Shown here: piece by piece, positions 26,001 to 35,416 of the stretch
Layout of the letters: every line of letters starts with the position of its first letter
Numbering within the stretch: the stretch's first letter is position 1
IMG/VR virus record: IMGVR_UViG_3300044641_002725
Length of the DNA: 64,000 nt
Origin: a virus
Direction: 5' to 3' (one strand)
Position numbers and translations under genes: made by a program
Notes under the pieces: model-generated
Seen by the model: only the letters and a program-made list of their open reading frames with translations
Database searches by the model: none
Told to the model about the DNA's origin: nothing

Positions 26001-27311
26001 TTGTAAAGCAGAACCTTTGGCACCAACTTCTCCAGAATCTGCGTTACCAGGTTTTGGTGTTTCAGCTTCACGATCTACTTTAGTTAATTTTGCTTTTTTT
26101 CCTAGTTGAATAAAGTCTCTAGGGTTTTTTGATACACCATTTAAACGAATCTCGAAGTGTAAATGTGGACCAGAAGAATGACCAGATGTTCCAACATATC
26201 CAATTACAGTTCCTGCTGTCACTTTCGTTCCGGGCATAGAATGCGACATGTGCAAATGTGCGTATAATGTTGTGTATCCGTTTCCGTGATCCATCATCAC
26301 GAAATTGCCTGTCCTATCATTATGACTATTTACAGTAATCAGACCATCTGCGGCAGCCACAACTGGCGCACCATAATATAACGCTAGATCAACACCTTTG
26401 TGTGTATAATTCTGTTTATATTTTGGTGGTCCTCTTTGTTCGTCATGTTCACTAGTTACGGTATATGAATCTCTTAACGGAACTCTCCACTTCAAACTTG
26501 AAGTTTCGTTTCCACCAGAAGTAGTTGGTTGACCAACAGGTGATGTGCTTTCTGTTGGCGCACGACTCTTGTAAGCACCCATAGTGCCTGCCTGTGTTGA
26601 TCCTGCTGTGCCTTGAGTTTGAGGAGCACTACTTGGTCCACGATTTGCGGCCGCGGCAGCCGCACCTGCGCCAGTGCCAAGAGCAAGAGAACCAGCAGTA
26701 CGAGGATTTCCCGAAAGAAATTTAAAGAGGGCGGGCCCGCCTAAAAGAACTCCTTTTAACAAACCTTTTAACAAACTAACAAAGAAACCATCACCTTCTT
26801 CTTGGGCAACTGCTTCACCACTTCCACCTCTACCTCCACCACCAAGCCCCGAATTTTTAATTGCATCAATGAGTGCTTTGTTTTGTTGCGCTCGTTCTCT
26901 AGTTTCTTCTTCTGCAAACGTCTGTCTATATTTTTCAGCTTGGACAGATACTCTATCAGCCCGTGCTGAAAAAGTAGTATTGGCATTAATCTGTGCCAAC
27001 TGTTGAATCATTTGTGCAAATGGATTTCCTGTGATTGAAGATTTTGTTGAAGATCCGCCGGGCATATCTGTGACTGGCTGGTTTGCATCTTTACGTAACG
27101 ATGAAAGTGCGCCATAGCCAGCAGTCAATAACGGCACCTCAGAAAGCATTGCACCTTTGAGACCAGATCCAAAACCGCTAACTATACCTTTAGCAGAATC
27201 TTTAAGTGTTTGTCCTAATGCGGCTCTATATCCTACTCGGGCTGTAGTGCCAGCCGCGGCACTTGCGGCAGTTCGTCCAAGACCTGCAAGTATTCCTAGT
27301 GGGGCTACCAT
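23073..27311 (-). CDS. Tape-measure/baseplate hub (gp29-like) protein with M23 peptidase domain
   Basis: Long A/G-rich helical protein downstream of gp26/gp51; HKGVD...YAHL...GPHLHFE M23 motifs. Confidence 0.75.
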   Translation of the reverse strand: MVAPLGILAGLGRTAASAAAGTTARVGYRAALGQTLKDSAKGIVSGFGSGLKGAMLSEVPLLTAGYGALSSLRKDANQPVTDMPGGSSTKSSITGNPFAQMIQQLAQINANTTFSARADRVSVQAEKYRQTFAEEETRERAQQNKALIDAIKNSGLGGGGRGGSGEAVAQEEGDGFFVSLLKGLLKGVLLGGPALFKFLSGNPRTAGSLALGTGAGAAAAAANRGPSSAPQTQGTAGSTQAGTMGAYKSRAPTESTSPVGQPTTSGGNETSSLKWRVPLRDSYTVTSEHDEQRGPPKYKQNYTHKGVDLALYYGAPVVAAADGLITVNSHNDRTGNFVMMDHGNGYTTLYAHLHMSHSMPGTKVTAGTVIGYVGTSGHSSGPHLHFEIRLNGVSKNPRDFIQLGKKAKLTKVDREAETPKPGNADSGEVGAKGSALQAKKVSITPSSSSTPLIEMGDGRVAEAYASAGVNNPTLLTSAQVDAEIRRASGQGYFTQREKEANNQRVLKELSGIKENTRITAKEVKINRITMSGGKFKSPELLLREANKQFRDSLQKQLTRTISGSLMKALYPGGYKNVSQQTASGQMYRGEQLNKMLGLTPQLTKLGTSIFGKQYGPAFGQIFSKAATGYMEVGARSVAKGIFGSLGMNTDQANILGGQILGNLAKGTKAGKVTALEQIIYGMSGGKVALGAETIFAKYGFASPADGIGYMANVLGAGIMGPIDSALGTTPSSMGNMDPRMRQMGAFGGYGGQYGGMPGGGSIGNLNLGDAQRALAANPAFAYGDTGRLSTTTTSPEAKLLVEQINLAKDREMQAKKDFLEASKSDDERAALQRVISDSQYEQQVRTNELLSQRGSGSGSSAGGFFNQLLGVKPGDKGMMGAFAEVGNMALDFGKAALTQKVVQKLGIKNPYMQLLASAAVNKGLSIGGEYAFNAIKGTEAGSSIINYGSTLLAGAKTAFPSIFGASAAPTAASIASGNALALGVAPGTLAASSAAAPAAIAAETALAGTAAAGTTAAVVGQSAAVTEAVLLADTLGGSAAAASAAGGTLGSTLLAAAPYLLAAAVIYKLFKRKKRTPKPVMSRIMRVLDNNDINAKTFSNLDVGYDTPPKEWQPIADALLNVGFNATKSAEVETKEKSSYEFIMVTIENDGIKFHADSGDPKNSQSFIGLGKLDNTFNSSTAATSIIKFVADIFKRDYANKSAQVDKAVTDLHKLTYAQVGNELTSSLKSKIDTSVSSGVFGTVEQDKMLADYKFNTKMAEQYIQGESSSDYIAPQVYSQKEGKYVEAPFTMVDQLGDDGFGNVNTYKVKKYDTDVLMLDKDGNPIYDVDKSGGLTMADFVTPAKSTVSATVIASSAEVAGASASKGVTVNTVSDNSSTTTDQSQNITYTSMLSSSRNAITDSSVNAEIAIA

Positions 27312-27316
27312 TTTAA

Positions 27317-27838
27317 TTATCCTCTGTCAAACACAGAGTCTGGGTCTGCTTCTGCGAATCTCGCTGATTTTCCAGTTGCTGGTTTTGATGTTGCGCCAAA
27401 GCTAGACGTTGACGCTCCAAATCCTGAATTGCTACCAAAGCTATTTGAGGTTGATGAACCAAAACTATTGGATGCTCCGAATCCGCCTGCTGACGGAGAG
27501 CCATATGTTGTTGTGACGCTTTGTCCCAAGGGTTGCATTCCGCCATTGTTTGCTCCTGCTAGTTTTTCTTGTGTACGTCCGAAAGCCGCAACACCAATAA
27601 TAGCACCCATAGAGAGGTGGAATAAACCTGCGCCCTGCAAAGTGATTGGTTGCCATGCGGTCACAGGTTGTTTCAGAGAGGCTTGTAGTATAGACCATAA
27701 CACAGGAAAAATAATGAAGTCAGTCACACAGGTTAGCATATAAATCCAACCCATCATTGGACGCCATTTGGCGTTCATCCAATCTTCTTTTTTCTTTTCA
27801 CTATCACTCAGTTTTTCATATTCTTTTTTTGTAGACAT
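27317..27838 (-). CDS. Holin-like membrane protein (3TM/GTA-holin type) with SFG-repeat tail
   Basis: WRPMMGWIY...TM...GRT.EK motif. Confidence 0.6.
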   Translation of the reverse strand: MSTKKEYEKLSDSEKKKEDWMNAKWRPMMGWIYMLTCVTDFIIFPVLWSILQASLKQPVTAWQPITLQGAGLFHLSMGAIIGVAAFGRTQEKLAGANNGGMQPLGQSVTTTYGSPSAGGFGASNSFGSSTSNSFGSNSGFGASTSSFGATSKPATGKSARFAEADPDSVFDRG

Positions 27839-27843
27839 TAATA

Positions 27844-28038
27844 TTAACCCCTTCTTTGCGCTTGATTTTGCTGTTGTATTCTGTCATTTTCTTCTTCTAT
27901 ATGCTGACTTAATAACATTATGTAAATATCACGCTCAAAAGGAATCATATTTTCCAAATCATCCAAACTGTATTTATGATGTTGCATTAGAGCAAAATTA
28001 GTTTTATAATAGTTTATTAAACTATCGTGCCCCATCAC
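27844..28038 (-). CDS. gp51: Baseplate hub assembly catalyst gp51
   Basis: YYKTNFALMQHHKYSL..LENMIPFERDIY. Confidence 0.9.
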   Translation of the reverse strand: MMGHDSLINYYKTNFALMQHHKYSLDDLENMIPFERDIYIMLLSQHIEEENDRIQQQNQAQRRG

Positions 28039-28772
28039 AATGCGAAAAAATTTCCCATTCCCTCCAATGTAACTTCATCTTCACATCCACAACCAGTACA
28101 CTTCCATTTGATAGTGTGCTTTAGTTTTGGCATTGTTTCAAAGAAATTCATTACATTTTTAAACTGGTCTTGAGAAAGACTGTCAATAAATTCGCTTATC
28201 TCTTTTTTCGTAGAATCTTCTTTCTTGTATACTTCATTTTTATCATAAATGTAATCTATACATTCAATTAGCATTTCAACTGCAACATCTAATTGACTTA
28301 AGTTGTCAGTATCAATGTCAGTAAAATTTGCTGTTGGATATTTTAGTTTAATACCCAAACCTGTAGCCTCATCAATTATAATTTTATCTGTATGACTAAT
28401 AGTCTTTTGAACTTCAACTTCCATAATGTTGAATGCAAACTTAGTTACATGGTCACACGCTTCACCTTTAGTGTTTAGCCCTGTAGGATGACGTAACTGC
28501 AAATCTACTGTTTCACCAATAGACTTACCACGGAGTCTCATAAAGAAATACTCTAAATCAAATGTTGGCAATTTATCTGTTTCAATGTCACCAATAGCGC
28601 AATTATTAATAATTTGCTTTACTGCTGTCATAATTGCTTTAGGTTCTCCACTCTCTAACGCAAGCAAAAGAATCTTCTGCTCTTTCATTAGAAATGGGCG
28701 ATATTGAACTGATTGACCAGTTGATGATAAAGTCAATTCAAAGATTGGTGTGTTAATTTTCGGCAAAGCCAT
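28035..28772 (-). CDS. gp26: Baseplate hub subunit gp26
   Basis: MALPKI..P.FEL.L.S....YRPFL.KE.KILL, R.KSIGE, FFETMPKL. Confidence 0.9.
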   Translation of the reverse strand: MALPKINTPIFELTLSSTGQSVQYRPFLMKEQKILLLALESGEPKAIMTAVKQIINNCAIGDIETDKLPTFDLEYFFMRLRGKSIGETVDLQLRHPTGLNTKGEACDHVTKFAFNIMEVEVQKTISHTDKIIIDEATGLGIKLKYPTANFTDIDTDNLSQLDVAVEMLIECIDYIYDKNEVYKKEDSTKKEISEFIDSLSQDQFKNVMNFFETMPKLKHTIKWKCTGCGCEDEVTLEGMGNFFAL

Positions 28773-28806
28773 AATGTACCTCCAGAGGTGTTAATGATTA
28801 AAAAAT

Positions 28807-29445
28807 TTAAGTTGTTTTTGGTTTAGAAAAACTATAATGACGATAGAAAAAAGTAACTCCAAAACGTTGATACGAATTTACTTCTTCCCATGTTGCGTTC
28901 ATTGGCGAAATGGTTATAGGATACACATCATTCATTCTATATCTTATAAGTGTATTTCCAGCCTCATCTAATTGATTAACTACTAGTGTGACTCCTCTAG
29001 CATAATCGTTAAAATATGAAATTAATCCTCCAGTAGGAGTACCGTTTCTTTCTCCTGAGGCAGGACCAACAATAGAGTCAATCCACGATTCAAAAAACAC
29101 ACGTTCTTTCATATCAGGCGAACATATGACAGAAATTGTAATGTCATTGTATGTAACATCATATGGAAGTTTTAAAGCTGGACCACCCCCGCCTGTGTCA
29201 TCTGATGTAGCAATAGAACGACCCGGAAACTCAGCTTTTTCACATCTGAATGAGAAGTCGTTAATGTCTGAAACACCTCTTTCTCTCAGAAGGGCATTTA
29301 ATACCTCATTACTTTCCCAACCATCTAATATTGCTTTAAATAAATTAGGGCGAACTGGTTTGCCAATAGCATTCTTGAAATCTGAGATTTTAAATGCTGA
29401 GTTTTTTTTGTCAGTAATAAATTGTTCGTCAAATTCAGTAACCAT
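28807..29445 (-). CDS. gp54: Baseplate tail-tube initiator gp54-like
   Basis: RPNLF, C..AEFPGR, FFE.W...I, YP..I. Confidence 0.75.
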   Translation of the reverse strand: MVTEFDEQFITDKKNSAFKISDFKNAIGKPVRPNLFKAILDGWESNEVLNALLRERGVSDINDFSFRCEKAEFPGRSIATSDDTGGGGPALKLPYDVTYNDITISVICSPDMKERVFFESWIDSIVGPASGERNGTPTGGLISYFNDYARGVTLVVNQLDEAGNTLIRYRMNDVYPITISPMNATWEEVNSYQRFGVTFFYRHYSFSKPKTT

Positions 29446-29446
29446 T

Positions 29447-30043
29447 TTATGTTCTTCCTATCTGTTTTCGTGAATCTTCCCAAACACGACCTGTGTCTGC
29501 TTTTCTGAAAGACTCTGTTGGTAGAAAAATAGCAATGTCCCACTCATTTACTTGTACTTCTAAGAATTGAGAACGTACATGACTTCTTAAATATTTCTTT
29601 AGCATTGGTTTAAAGAATCTGTACTTAGATGCAGACTGTAGAATGGAGTATGAAATTTTAACTTTTGTTGTGTCATCATATTTCTTGTTTGTTAATGTAG
29701 AATACAATGCATTCATTAATTTAGCACGTAAGACTGGCGGTAAATAGTGAAAGTTGATCCCTAAGAATCCATCAGCGTCCATTCTCACAGGAAAAATTAA
29801 CGGAAATGTGTCGTAGTATGGCAAATCATTTTTTGTTTTTGGATCATACTTGAATGCGTACATATATCCAAATTCCATTGACGAAACTTTTCTCGCTTCA
29901 TCGGTTCTTTTCTCAAAGGCACCTGGACTTATGTTTGACATTAATTTGCCTGCGGCTGACCTGTACCAATCCCTTGCCGCAACTGTTCTTGCAGGAATGA
30001 TGCCTTGTCTAGCGCCTTGAATGAGTATGTTATCAAATATCAT
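29447..30043 (-). CDS. gp2: DNA end protector gp2
   Basis: YDPKTK..LPYYD.FPL, G.NFHYLPP..R, LPTE.F. Confidence 0.92.
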   Translation of the reverse strand: MIFDNILIQGARQGIIPARTVAARDWYRSAAGKLMSNISPGAFEKRTDEARKVSSMEFGYMYAFKYDPKTKNDLPYYDTFPLIFPVRMDADGFLGINFHYLPPVLRAKLMNALYSTLTNKKYDDTTKVKISYSILQSASKYRFFKPMLKKYLRSHVRSQFLEVQVNEWDIAIFLPTESFRKADTGRVWEDSRKQIGRT

Positions 30044-30050
30044 CTTCTAT

Positions 30051-30494
30051 TTATCTCAAATCTTTATCGGTTATGATTTTAAATTCCCAATTTCTTTCAA
30101 TTGAGTACTTTGTTGCGGCTTCCCACTTTGCTTGATTTACGCCCCATGTCATTACTTCATTGATAAATCGTCTAGTTGGTTTACCATTTGGTGTGTTTTT
30201 TCTAACTGGAGGGCGTGTTTGTATGTCTGGCTTGACTTCAATCAATACAGATTTTATCTCTCCGTTCTTGTCTTTGTACTTCATCCAAAAATCAACAAAG
30301 TATCTGTGATATCTATTATCAATCGGTGACACATACGGCACAACAACTTCTTCAGAAGACCACTCAAGTATGGATGGAGTTTCATCACAGTAGACCATGA
30401 ATCTACGTTCCAACAAACTACGATATGTAATATTAGTTGGGTTACCTTTGTACTTTTGATAGTTTTTAGGTTTAAATTTACCTTTGTATGACAT
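30051..30494 (-). CDS. gp4: Head completion nuclease gp4
   Basis: YKGKFKPKN..KY.G....I.YRS, W.SEE..VPY, RYFVDF, IEVKP. Confidence 0.93.
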   Translation of the reverse strand: MSYKGKFKPKNYQKYKGNPTNITYRSLLERRFMVYCDETPSILEWSSEEVVVPYVSPIDNRYHRYFVDFWMKYKDKNGEIKSVLIEVKPDIQTRPPVRKNTPNGKPTRRFINEVMTWGVNQAKWEAATKYSIERNWEFKIITDKDLR

Positions 30495-30499
30495 AAATA
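30492..30499 (+). promoter_or_regulatory. Late promoter variant CATAAATA
   Basis: Upstream of gp48. Confidence 0.55.
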
Positions 30500-30524
30500 G
30501 AATGATGATTAATAAAAGGAAAGA

Positions 30525-31571
30525 TTGATGGCAACACCAATATTTACAATATCAACTGGAACTGTTTCGTATCCAGCAATTGAAAAAACGGAATTAGTAT
30601 TTGGTAGCGATTTTGCTCACTCAGAGTACGTTATTCCTATGGCTAGATTTAAATTTTTTGACCCAACTGGCACCGAATCTACAACAGCACGTCCTATTTA
30701 TATACGTCTTGGTGGAGCATTCAGCACACAATTATCAAATTCATATCAAGAAGCAACAGGAATATTTGGATCTGTTACACCAGGATCCAACCGTGATGCG
30801 GCCAGCATTGGAAACATAACAAGATTAATTGGTTCAATGTTTGATAGTGGAGGCACAGCTTTACAATCATCTATCATAAAATCATTGGGTGCTGGTGGAG
30901 GATTTATTGCAAGTGCTGGTCAATCTGGAAAATCTCAAATTGAATTTTTAACAAGAAAAGTGTTTAATAGTTTTCAGCAGTTGATTTATCAAGGTCCTAA
31001 ATTTAGGGCTTTTCAATTGCCTTTTAACATGAAGCCTACAAGTTATGAAGAAGCAAAAACAATGCGTGATATTATTCAAACATTTCGTATTGCTTCTTCA
31101 CCAAGAGGCCAGGGATCTAATACGCCTTTAAACGCAGTACATGATAAAAGTGCAGAAGACATTGAGGCACTTGCGAAAGCCAACAAAGACAAATCGCCCG
31201 AAGAACAAATTAATGCTTTTGATCTTGCTGATGCCGCAGAGTTATTGGGCGATAATGGGCTGTCTCCTGCACCCCTAACATTTGGTTATCCTGATATGTG
31301 TAAATTAGAATTGATTCTTTATCACAATGACAAAAAAGAAATTACAGTATTATTTCAATCAGATTTTTGTATGATTGAAAATGTTGGTTTAGACTATGGT
31401 GCATCAAACAAAATGGTATTTCTTGCACCGCCAACACCAACGGGTGGTGGTAAAGCAGATTATTTTCCCTCCGAAGTTAACATGACAATTGCACTAAGAG
31501 AAAGCGTATTGGTCACCGCAGAGTACGCAAGCGGGCAAGGACCAGTTGGTTCAGGAATAACAATTTTCTAA
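30525..31571 (+). CDS. gp48: Baseplate tail-tube cap gp48
   Basis: GP.FR.F...F.M.P....EA..M..II..FR, YP, L.LRE; synteny. Confidence 0.8.
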   Translation: MMATPIFTISTGTVSYPAIEKTELVFGSDFAHSEYVIPMARFKFFDPTGTESTTARPIYIRLGGAFSTQLSNSYQEATGIFGSVTPGSNRDAASIGNITRLIGSMFDSGGTALQSSIIKSLGAGGGFIASAGQSGKSQIEFLTRKVFNSFQQLIYQGPKFRAFQLPFNMKPTSYEEAKTMRDIIQTFRIASSPRGQGSNTPLNAVHDKSAEDIEALAKANKDKSPEEQINAFDLADAAELLGDNGLSPAPLTFGYPDMCKLELILYHNDKKEITVLFQSDFCMIENVGLDYGASNKMVFLAPPTPTGGGKADYFPSEVNMTIALRESVLVTAEYASGQGPVGSGITIF

Positions 31572-31573
31572 TT

Positions 31574-32104
31574 ATGTCAATATACACATTCTATCCAAAA
31601 GTATCATATAAAATTGATGACCACGATTCTCTTAGAGCAATCGATATTACGTCATCTTTAAAGATAAAAGACTATCTCAAAAGTTACAGAGGTATTGGAT
31701 TTACGCCATACATAGTAAAAGATGGTGAACGACCAGATTATGTTTCGTATGCGCTTTATGGCAATCCAGACTATGACTGGATCATTATGCTTGTGAATGA
31801 TATCCACAGTCTGTATGACGATTGGCCAAGAAATTCTGTGGATTTACAAGCATACATTATTGAAAAATATGGCAGTCTCACATCGGCTATGAGTAATGTA
31901 AAATATTACTACGATTCAAAAGGCAACATCATTGATTTGACAACTTACAACAATCTTTCTGCTAATGCAAGAACATCAGAAACAGAGTATGAATATGAGT
32001 TGAGAAAAAATTCTAATAAATCAAAAATAAAAGTTATTAGTAGATCGCTTATTACATCGATCACATCAGATTTAAACAGTATTACCATGAAGCCTGTCGT
32101 ATAA
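31574..32104 (+). CDS. gp53: Baseplate wedge gp53
   Basis: Y.VKDGERPD.VS..LYG...YDWII..ND....Y.DWP. Confidence 0.9.
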   Translation: MSIYTFYPKVSYKIDDHDSLRAIDITSSLKIKDYLKSYRGIGFTPYIVKDGERPDYVSYALYGNPDYDWIIMLVNDIHSLYDDWPRNSVDLQAYIIEKYGSLTSAMSNVKYYYDSKGNIIDLTTYNNLSANARTSETEYEYELRKNSNKSKIKVISRSLITSITSDLNSITMKPVV

Positions 32105-33603
32105 TGGCCACTAATTTTTCTCCATTCACTATAATTTCTCCTGACATAGGAGAAAAGTCTGATATACAAATCACACAAAACTCAACAGTTGCTCCTGGAA
32201 TTGGAAACACAGTTGATGTTAAAAGTGTTTTTATTAAAACTCTATACGGCGAGATTGTAAGTTTAATAGGTGTGTATAGAAGCATTGAAATCATTGAAGA
32301 TATGTTTTCGTCTTGCATCAAGGGTGTAATCACCATTGACGATGCGGGCGGTGGGCTTGAGAAATTTGCAATACGTGGTGGCGAAACGATTGGAATTAAA
32401 ATTGCAAAGCCAAACAATGGTGATATTATCATTTGGCGCCAAGACTTAGTTGTACATAAGATTGGTGAAAGTTCAGTAGATCAAACTACAATGAACACAA
32501 CGTATCAACTACAATTTACATCAAGAACTTTTGTCAATTCAACTAAAAAATGTTTGTTTAAGAGTTATAAGAACATGTCAATTGGAACAGCAGTATCGTC
32601 TATGTTTTCTGAGATGGGCGGAACAAACGATTTGATTGTAGAAGATCCAAAAATTACTTTAGAGAAACCATTTATATCTACAGGCTTAATGCCACACAAA
32701 GCAATTGAAGCTATGGCGCATCGTGCTTGTGCAAAGGGTGGCTTTTATGTATTCTTTGAAAGATTAAATCCAGTATTTGGAACTAATACAAAAACTAATA
32801 AGCCGTTTACTTCATCATATTACTTCGGTAGTTTAGAGAACTTAATTAAATACGCAAAAACTTATGGTGTTCACAATATTACTTTTTCACAAAAAACTGT
32901 TGCAAATCAAGAAACTAGTTCTATAAGAACAATCAAATTTCAAAGAAGAACAACATTCAATCATATAAATGCAATGTTGTTAGGGCTATACAATACCACA
33001 GTAACATCGATAGATCCAATATCAAGAACACACTCAATGAGAAAATTGTCATACGCAAATGCAAAAAATGAATCTGAATTTAAAGATTTTTATTCATTTA
33101 AGACACTTGACAACTCAAATATTTTTTCAAGATATGACGATGTTGCTGGAGAGATTCCAGGTAGAAAAATTATTGCATCGTCACTAAATGATTCTGTTAA
33201 CAGAGATGATTGGCTATTGAATAACATATATGGGCATTTAAGCAAAAATTTATTCAGAATTGCTTTAGAGATTGAGGGTGGTAAAAATACTATTGGCGTT
33301 GGTCACATTGTAAATTTTACTGTGCCAAGTGCATTTGAGAAATTAGCAGATCCAACAAATGCAAATATACCTAACGATAAAATTTACTCGGGCAGTTATT
33401 TCGTTACTTCTGTTCAGCACAAAATAGGGCTAACATCATATACCAAAGAGTTGGAACTTGCTAGATCAACATTACCATATGATCTTAATACTGGAGTGAC
33501 ACTTTCAACTTCAGAAGCACCAGCATCAAATAAACGATATCAAGATAATACAAATTCAACGACACTAGTAAACAAATATTGGAGAAAAGGTTTGATACCA
33601 TGA
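32104..33603 (+). CDS. gp27: Baseplate hub gp27-like
   Basis: I.EDMF...I.G.I.I.D, FFE, YSG.YF.TSV.H; position between gp53 and gp5. Confidence 0.7.
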   Translation: MATNFSPFTIISPDIGEKSDIQITQNSTVAPGIGNTVDVKSVFIKTLYGEIVSLIGVYRSIEIIEDMFSSCIKGVITIDDAGGGLEKFAIRGGETIGIKIAKPNNGDIIIWRQDLVVHKIGESSVDQTTMNTTYQLQFTSRTFVNSTKKCLFKSYKNMSIGTAVSSMFSEMGGTNDLIVEDPKITLEKPFISTGLMPHKAIEAMAHRACAKGGFYVFFERLNPVFGTNTKTNKPFTSSYYFGSLENLIKYAKTYGVHNITFSQKTVANQETSSIRTIKFQRRTTFNHINAMLLGLYNTTVTSIDPISRTHSMRKLSYANAKNESEFKDFYSFKTLDNSNIFSRYDDVAGEIPGRKIIASSLNDSVNRDDWLLNNIYGHLSKNLFRIALEIEGGKNTIGVGHIVNFTVPSAFEKLADPTNANIPNDKIYSGSYFVTSVQHKIGLTSYTKELELARSTLPYDLNTGVTLSTSEAPASNKRYQDNTNSTTLVNKYWRKGLIP

Positions 33604-34550
33604 AACTCAAATTTTCAGAGTATGTAGATTTAAAAGACTACAAAGCATATCAACTTGTAGAGAAACAAATTCTTTACAACAACGGCGCAAAGTACGGGCA
33701 GATTGTGTTCCTTGCTGGTGGTGCGGCGTCTGGTAAAAGTTTTGCTGTTCAACATTTTATGCAAGGATCAGAATTTAAAGTGCGTGACGTTGATAAATTG
33801 AAAATTGCATTTCAAAAATTAGATGAACTTGGTAAATTTACGACTCAAGATTTGCTAGACAAGTATGGCGATAAAATTTCAGAAAAAGACAAAGAACTTA
33901 TCCAAAAAGAATTGACTGACAAGAATCTGAAGATGGGTGACTTGAATCTTAAGACTCCAACGCATGTATACATTCTACACGTACTTGTTCGTGCTACTGG
34001 TTCAAAAGACAAAACACTAGAATTGATGCTTGCTGGTGCTGAAAAAGGTCAATTACCAAACATCATATTCGACAGTACGTTCAAAGAAGTTTCTGACATG
34101 ACAGATGTTTTGCCAAAATTATTTGCCGCTGGATATGAACCAAAGAACATTCACGTATCTTGGGTTCTGCAAAATTATCAAATTGCAATAGAAAATAACA
34201 AAACTCGCCCTAGAGTTGTGCCAGAAGATATTTTGCTTTCGACTCATGTGGGTGCCGCCCGAACCGTATATGATTTGGTAACAAAATCTATGCCACCCTC
34301 AGTACAAGGGGGCATTTACGTCATTCTAAATAATAAAGAGAATACAATTTATGTACTTGATCCAAAAACAAATGAACCATACCGAGACAAGAGAGATAAT
34401 CCTGTTATTAAAGACTTTAAATACTTGACGCTTAAAGAACCAGGAAAGCCCATAAAGACAGAACTTGATGTAAAAAAACAATTACTCACTTGGATTAAAG
34501 ACAATGTTCCTCCAGGTTCAGTAGACACATCAGAATTAGACAGACTATGA
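33600..34550 (+). CDS. Zeta-toxin-like P-loop kinase, possible internal head protein
   Basis: IVFLAGGAASGKS, IIFDST, N..R.RVVP. Confidence 0.7.
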   Translation: MKLKFSEYVDLKDYKAYQLVEKQILYNNGAKYGQIVFLAGGAASGKSFAVQHFMQGSEFKVRDVDKLKIAFQKLDELGKFTTQDLLDKYGDKISEKDKELIQKELTDKNLKMGDLNLKTPTHVYILHVLVRATGSKDKTLELMLAGAEKGQLPNIIFDSTFKEVSDMTDVLPKLFAAGYEPKNIHVSWVLQNYQIAIENNKTRPRVVPEDILLSTHVGAARTVYDLVTKSMPPSVQGGIYVILNNKENTIYVLDPKTNEPYRDKRDNPVIKDFKYLTLKEPGKPIKTELDVKKQLLTWIKDNVPPGSVDTSELDRL

Positions 34551-34780
34551 AAAAATTTAAACATTTTATACAAGGCACTACTGTTTCACAAGAAGAGTGG
34601 GAAGAAGACGTTTACGGTCCAGAATTAATTGAGACACTCAAACAAGTAGATGGCAGATGGGCGTTAGTCTCTAAGAAAACTAATAGACCTTTGCGCTATT
34701 ACAAAGGTGAAGGTAAACCATCAGAAGAATGGATTGCTCAACAAGAAAAAGAAATTCAGTACTTTAAGAACATGAGATAA
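34547..34780 (+). CDS. Small protein, possible internal head protein
   Basis: MKKFKHFI N-terminus; E.EIQYFK C-terminus. Confidence 0.65.
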   Translation: MKKFKHFIQGTTVSQEEWEEDVYGPELIETLKQVDGRWALVSKKTNRPLRYYKGEGKPSEEWIAQQEKEIQYFKNMR

Positions 34781-35410
34781 TTGATGAAAAATTTTATTGG
34801 TCAAGATGGATTCGTTTGGTGGATTGGAGTCGTTGAAGATGTCAACGATCCTCTGAAACTTGGTAGATGCAAAGTAAGATGCTTTGGTTATCATCCTGCA
34901 AAATCAACTAATCAAGTTCCAACTGAAGATTTGCCTTTTGCTTTAACTATTCATCCGTTAAATACTCCAAACTTATACGGAACACCTAGAATTGGTGAAT
35001 GGGTTTTTGGTTTCTTCTTGGATTCTATGTCTGCACAAGAGCCAGCAATTTTAGGATATCTTCCTGCAATTCCACAAGCCGCGGCAGAGTATTTTGGCAC
35101 AAAACCTAGTTTAACTAGAAACTTTGCTAACGTTGCTAATACAAGAGATGTTTTATGGGATGTAAACAATGCATCGATTCGAATTGCAAATAACAGTAAT
35201 ATAACAATTCAGTCTTCTAACAATACTGTTATAACTTCAACTAAAAATTTAACGTTGACTGGAAATAGTAGCTTAACTTTCTCTGACAGTAAAAATACCA
35301 CTACGCTTGATGCACTACTTTTAAGAGTAAAAGCAATTGAGAACAGATTGAATGCACCAACAAAAACATTAGTACCTAATACATCAATCACAGTTATAAC
35401 AAATATCTAA
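34781..35410 (+). CDS. gp5: Baseplate spike gp5 (OB fold plus short beta-helix, no lysozyme domain)
   Basis: F.WWIGVVED..DP..LGR.KVR.FGYH, LP.A, G.WVFGFFLD...Q.P.ILG. Confidence 0.85.
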   Translation: MMKNFIGQDGFVWWIGVVEDVNDPLKLGRCKVRCFGYHPAKSTNQVPTEDLPFALTIHPLNTPNLYGTPRIGEWVFGFFLDSMSAQEPAILGYLPAIPQAAAEYFGTKPSLTRNFANVANTRDVLWDVNNASIRIANNSNITIQSSNNTVITSTKNLTLTGNSSLTFSDSKNTTTLDALLLRVKAIENRLNAPTKTLVPNTSITVITNI

Positions 35411-35416
35411 AATCAC

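Noticed and set aside
23185-27743. Many plus-strand ORFs opposite the tape measure and holin-like genes, and similar minus-strand ORFs opposite baseplate genes
   Set aside because: Codon-bias shadows of long real genes, without SD or recognisable motifs
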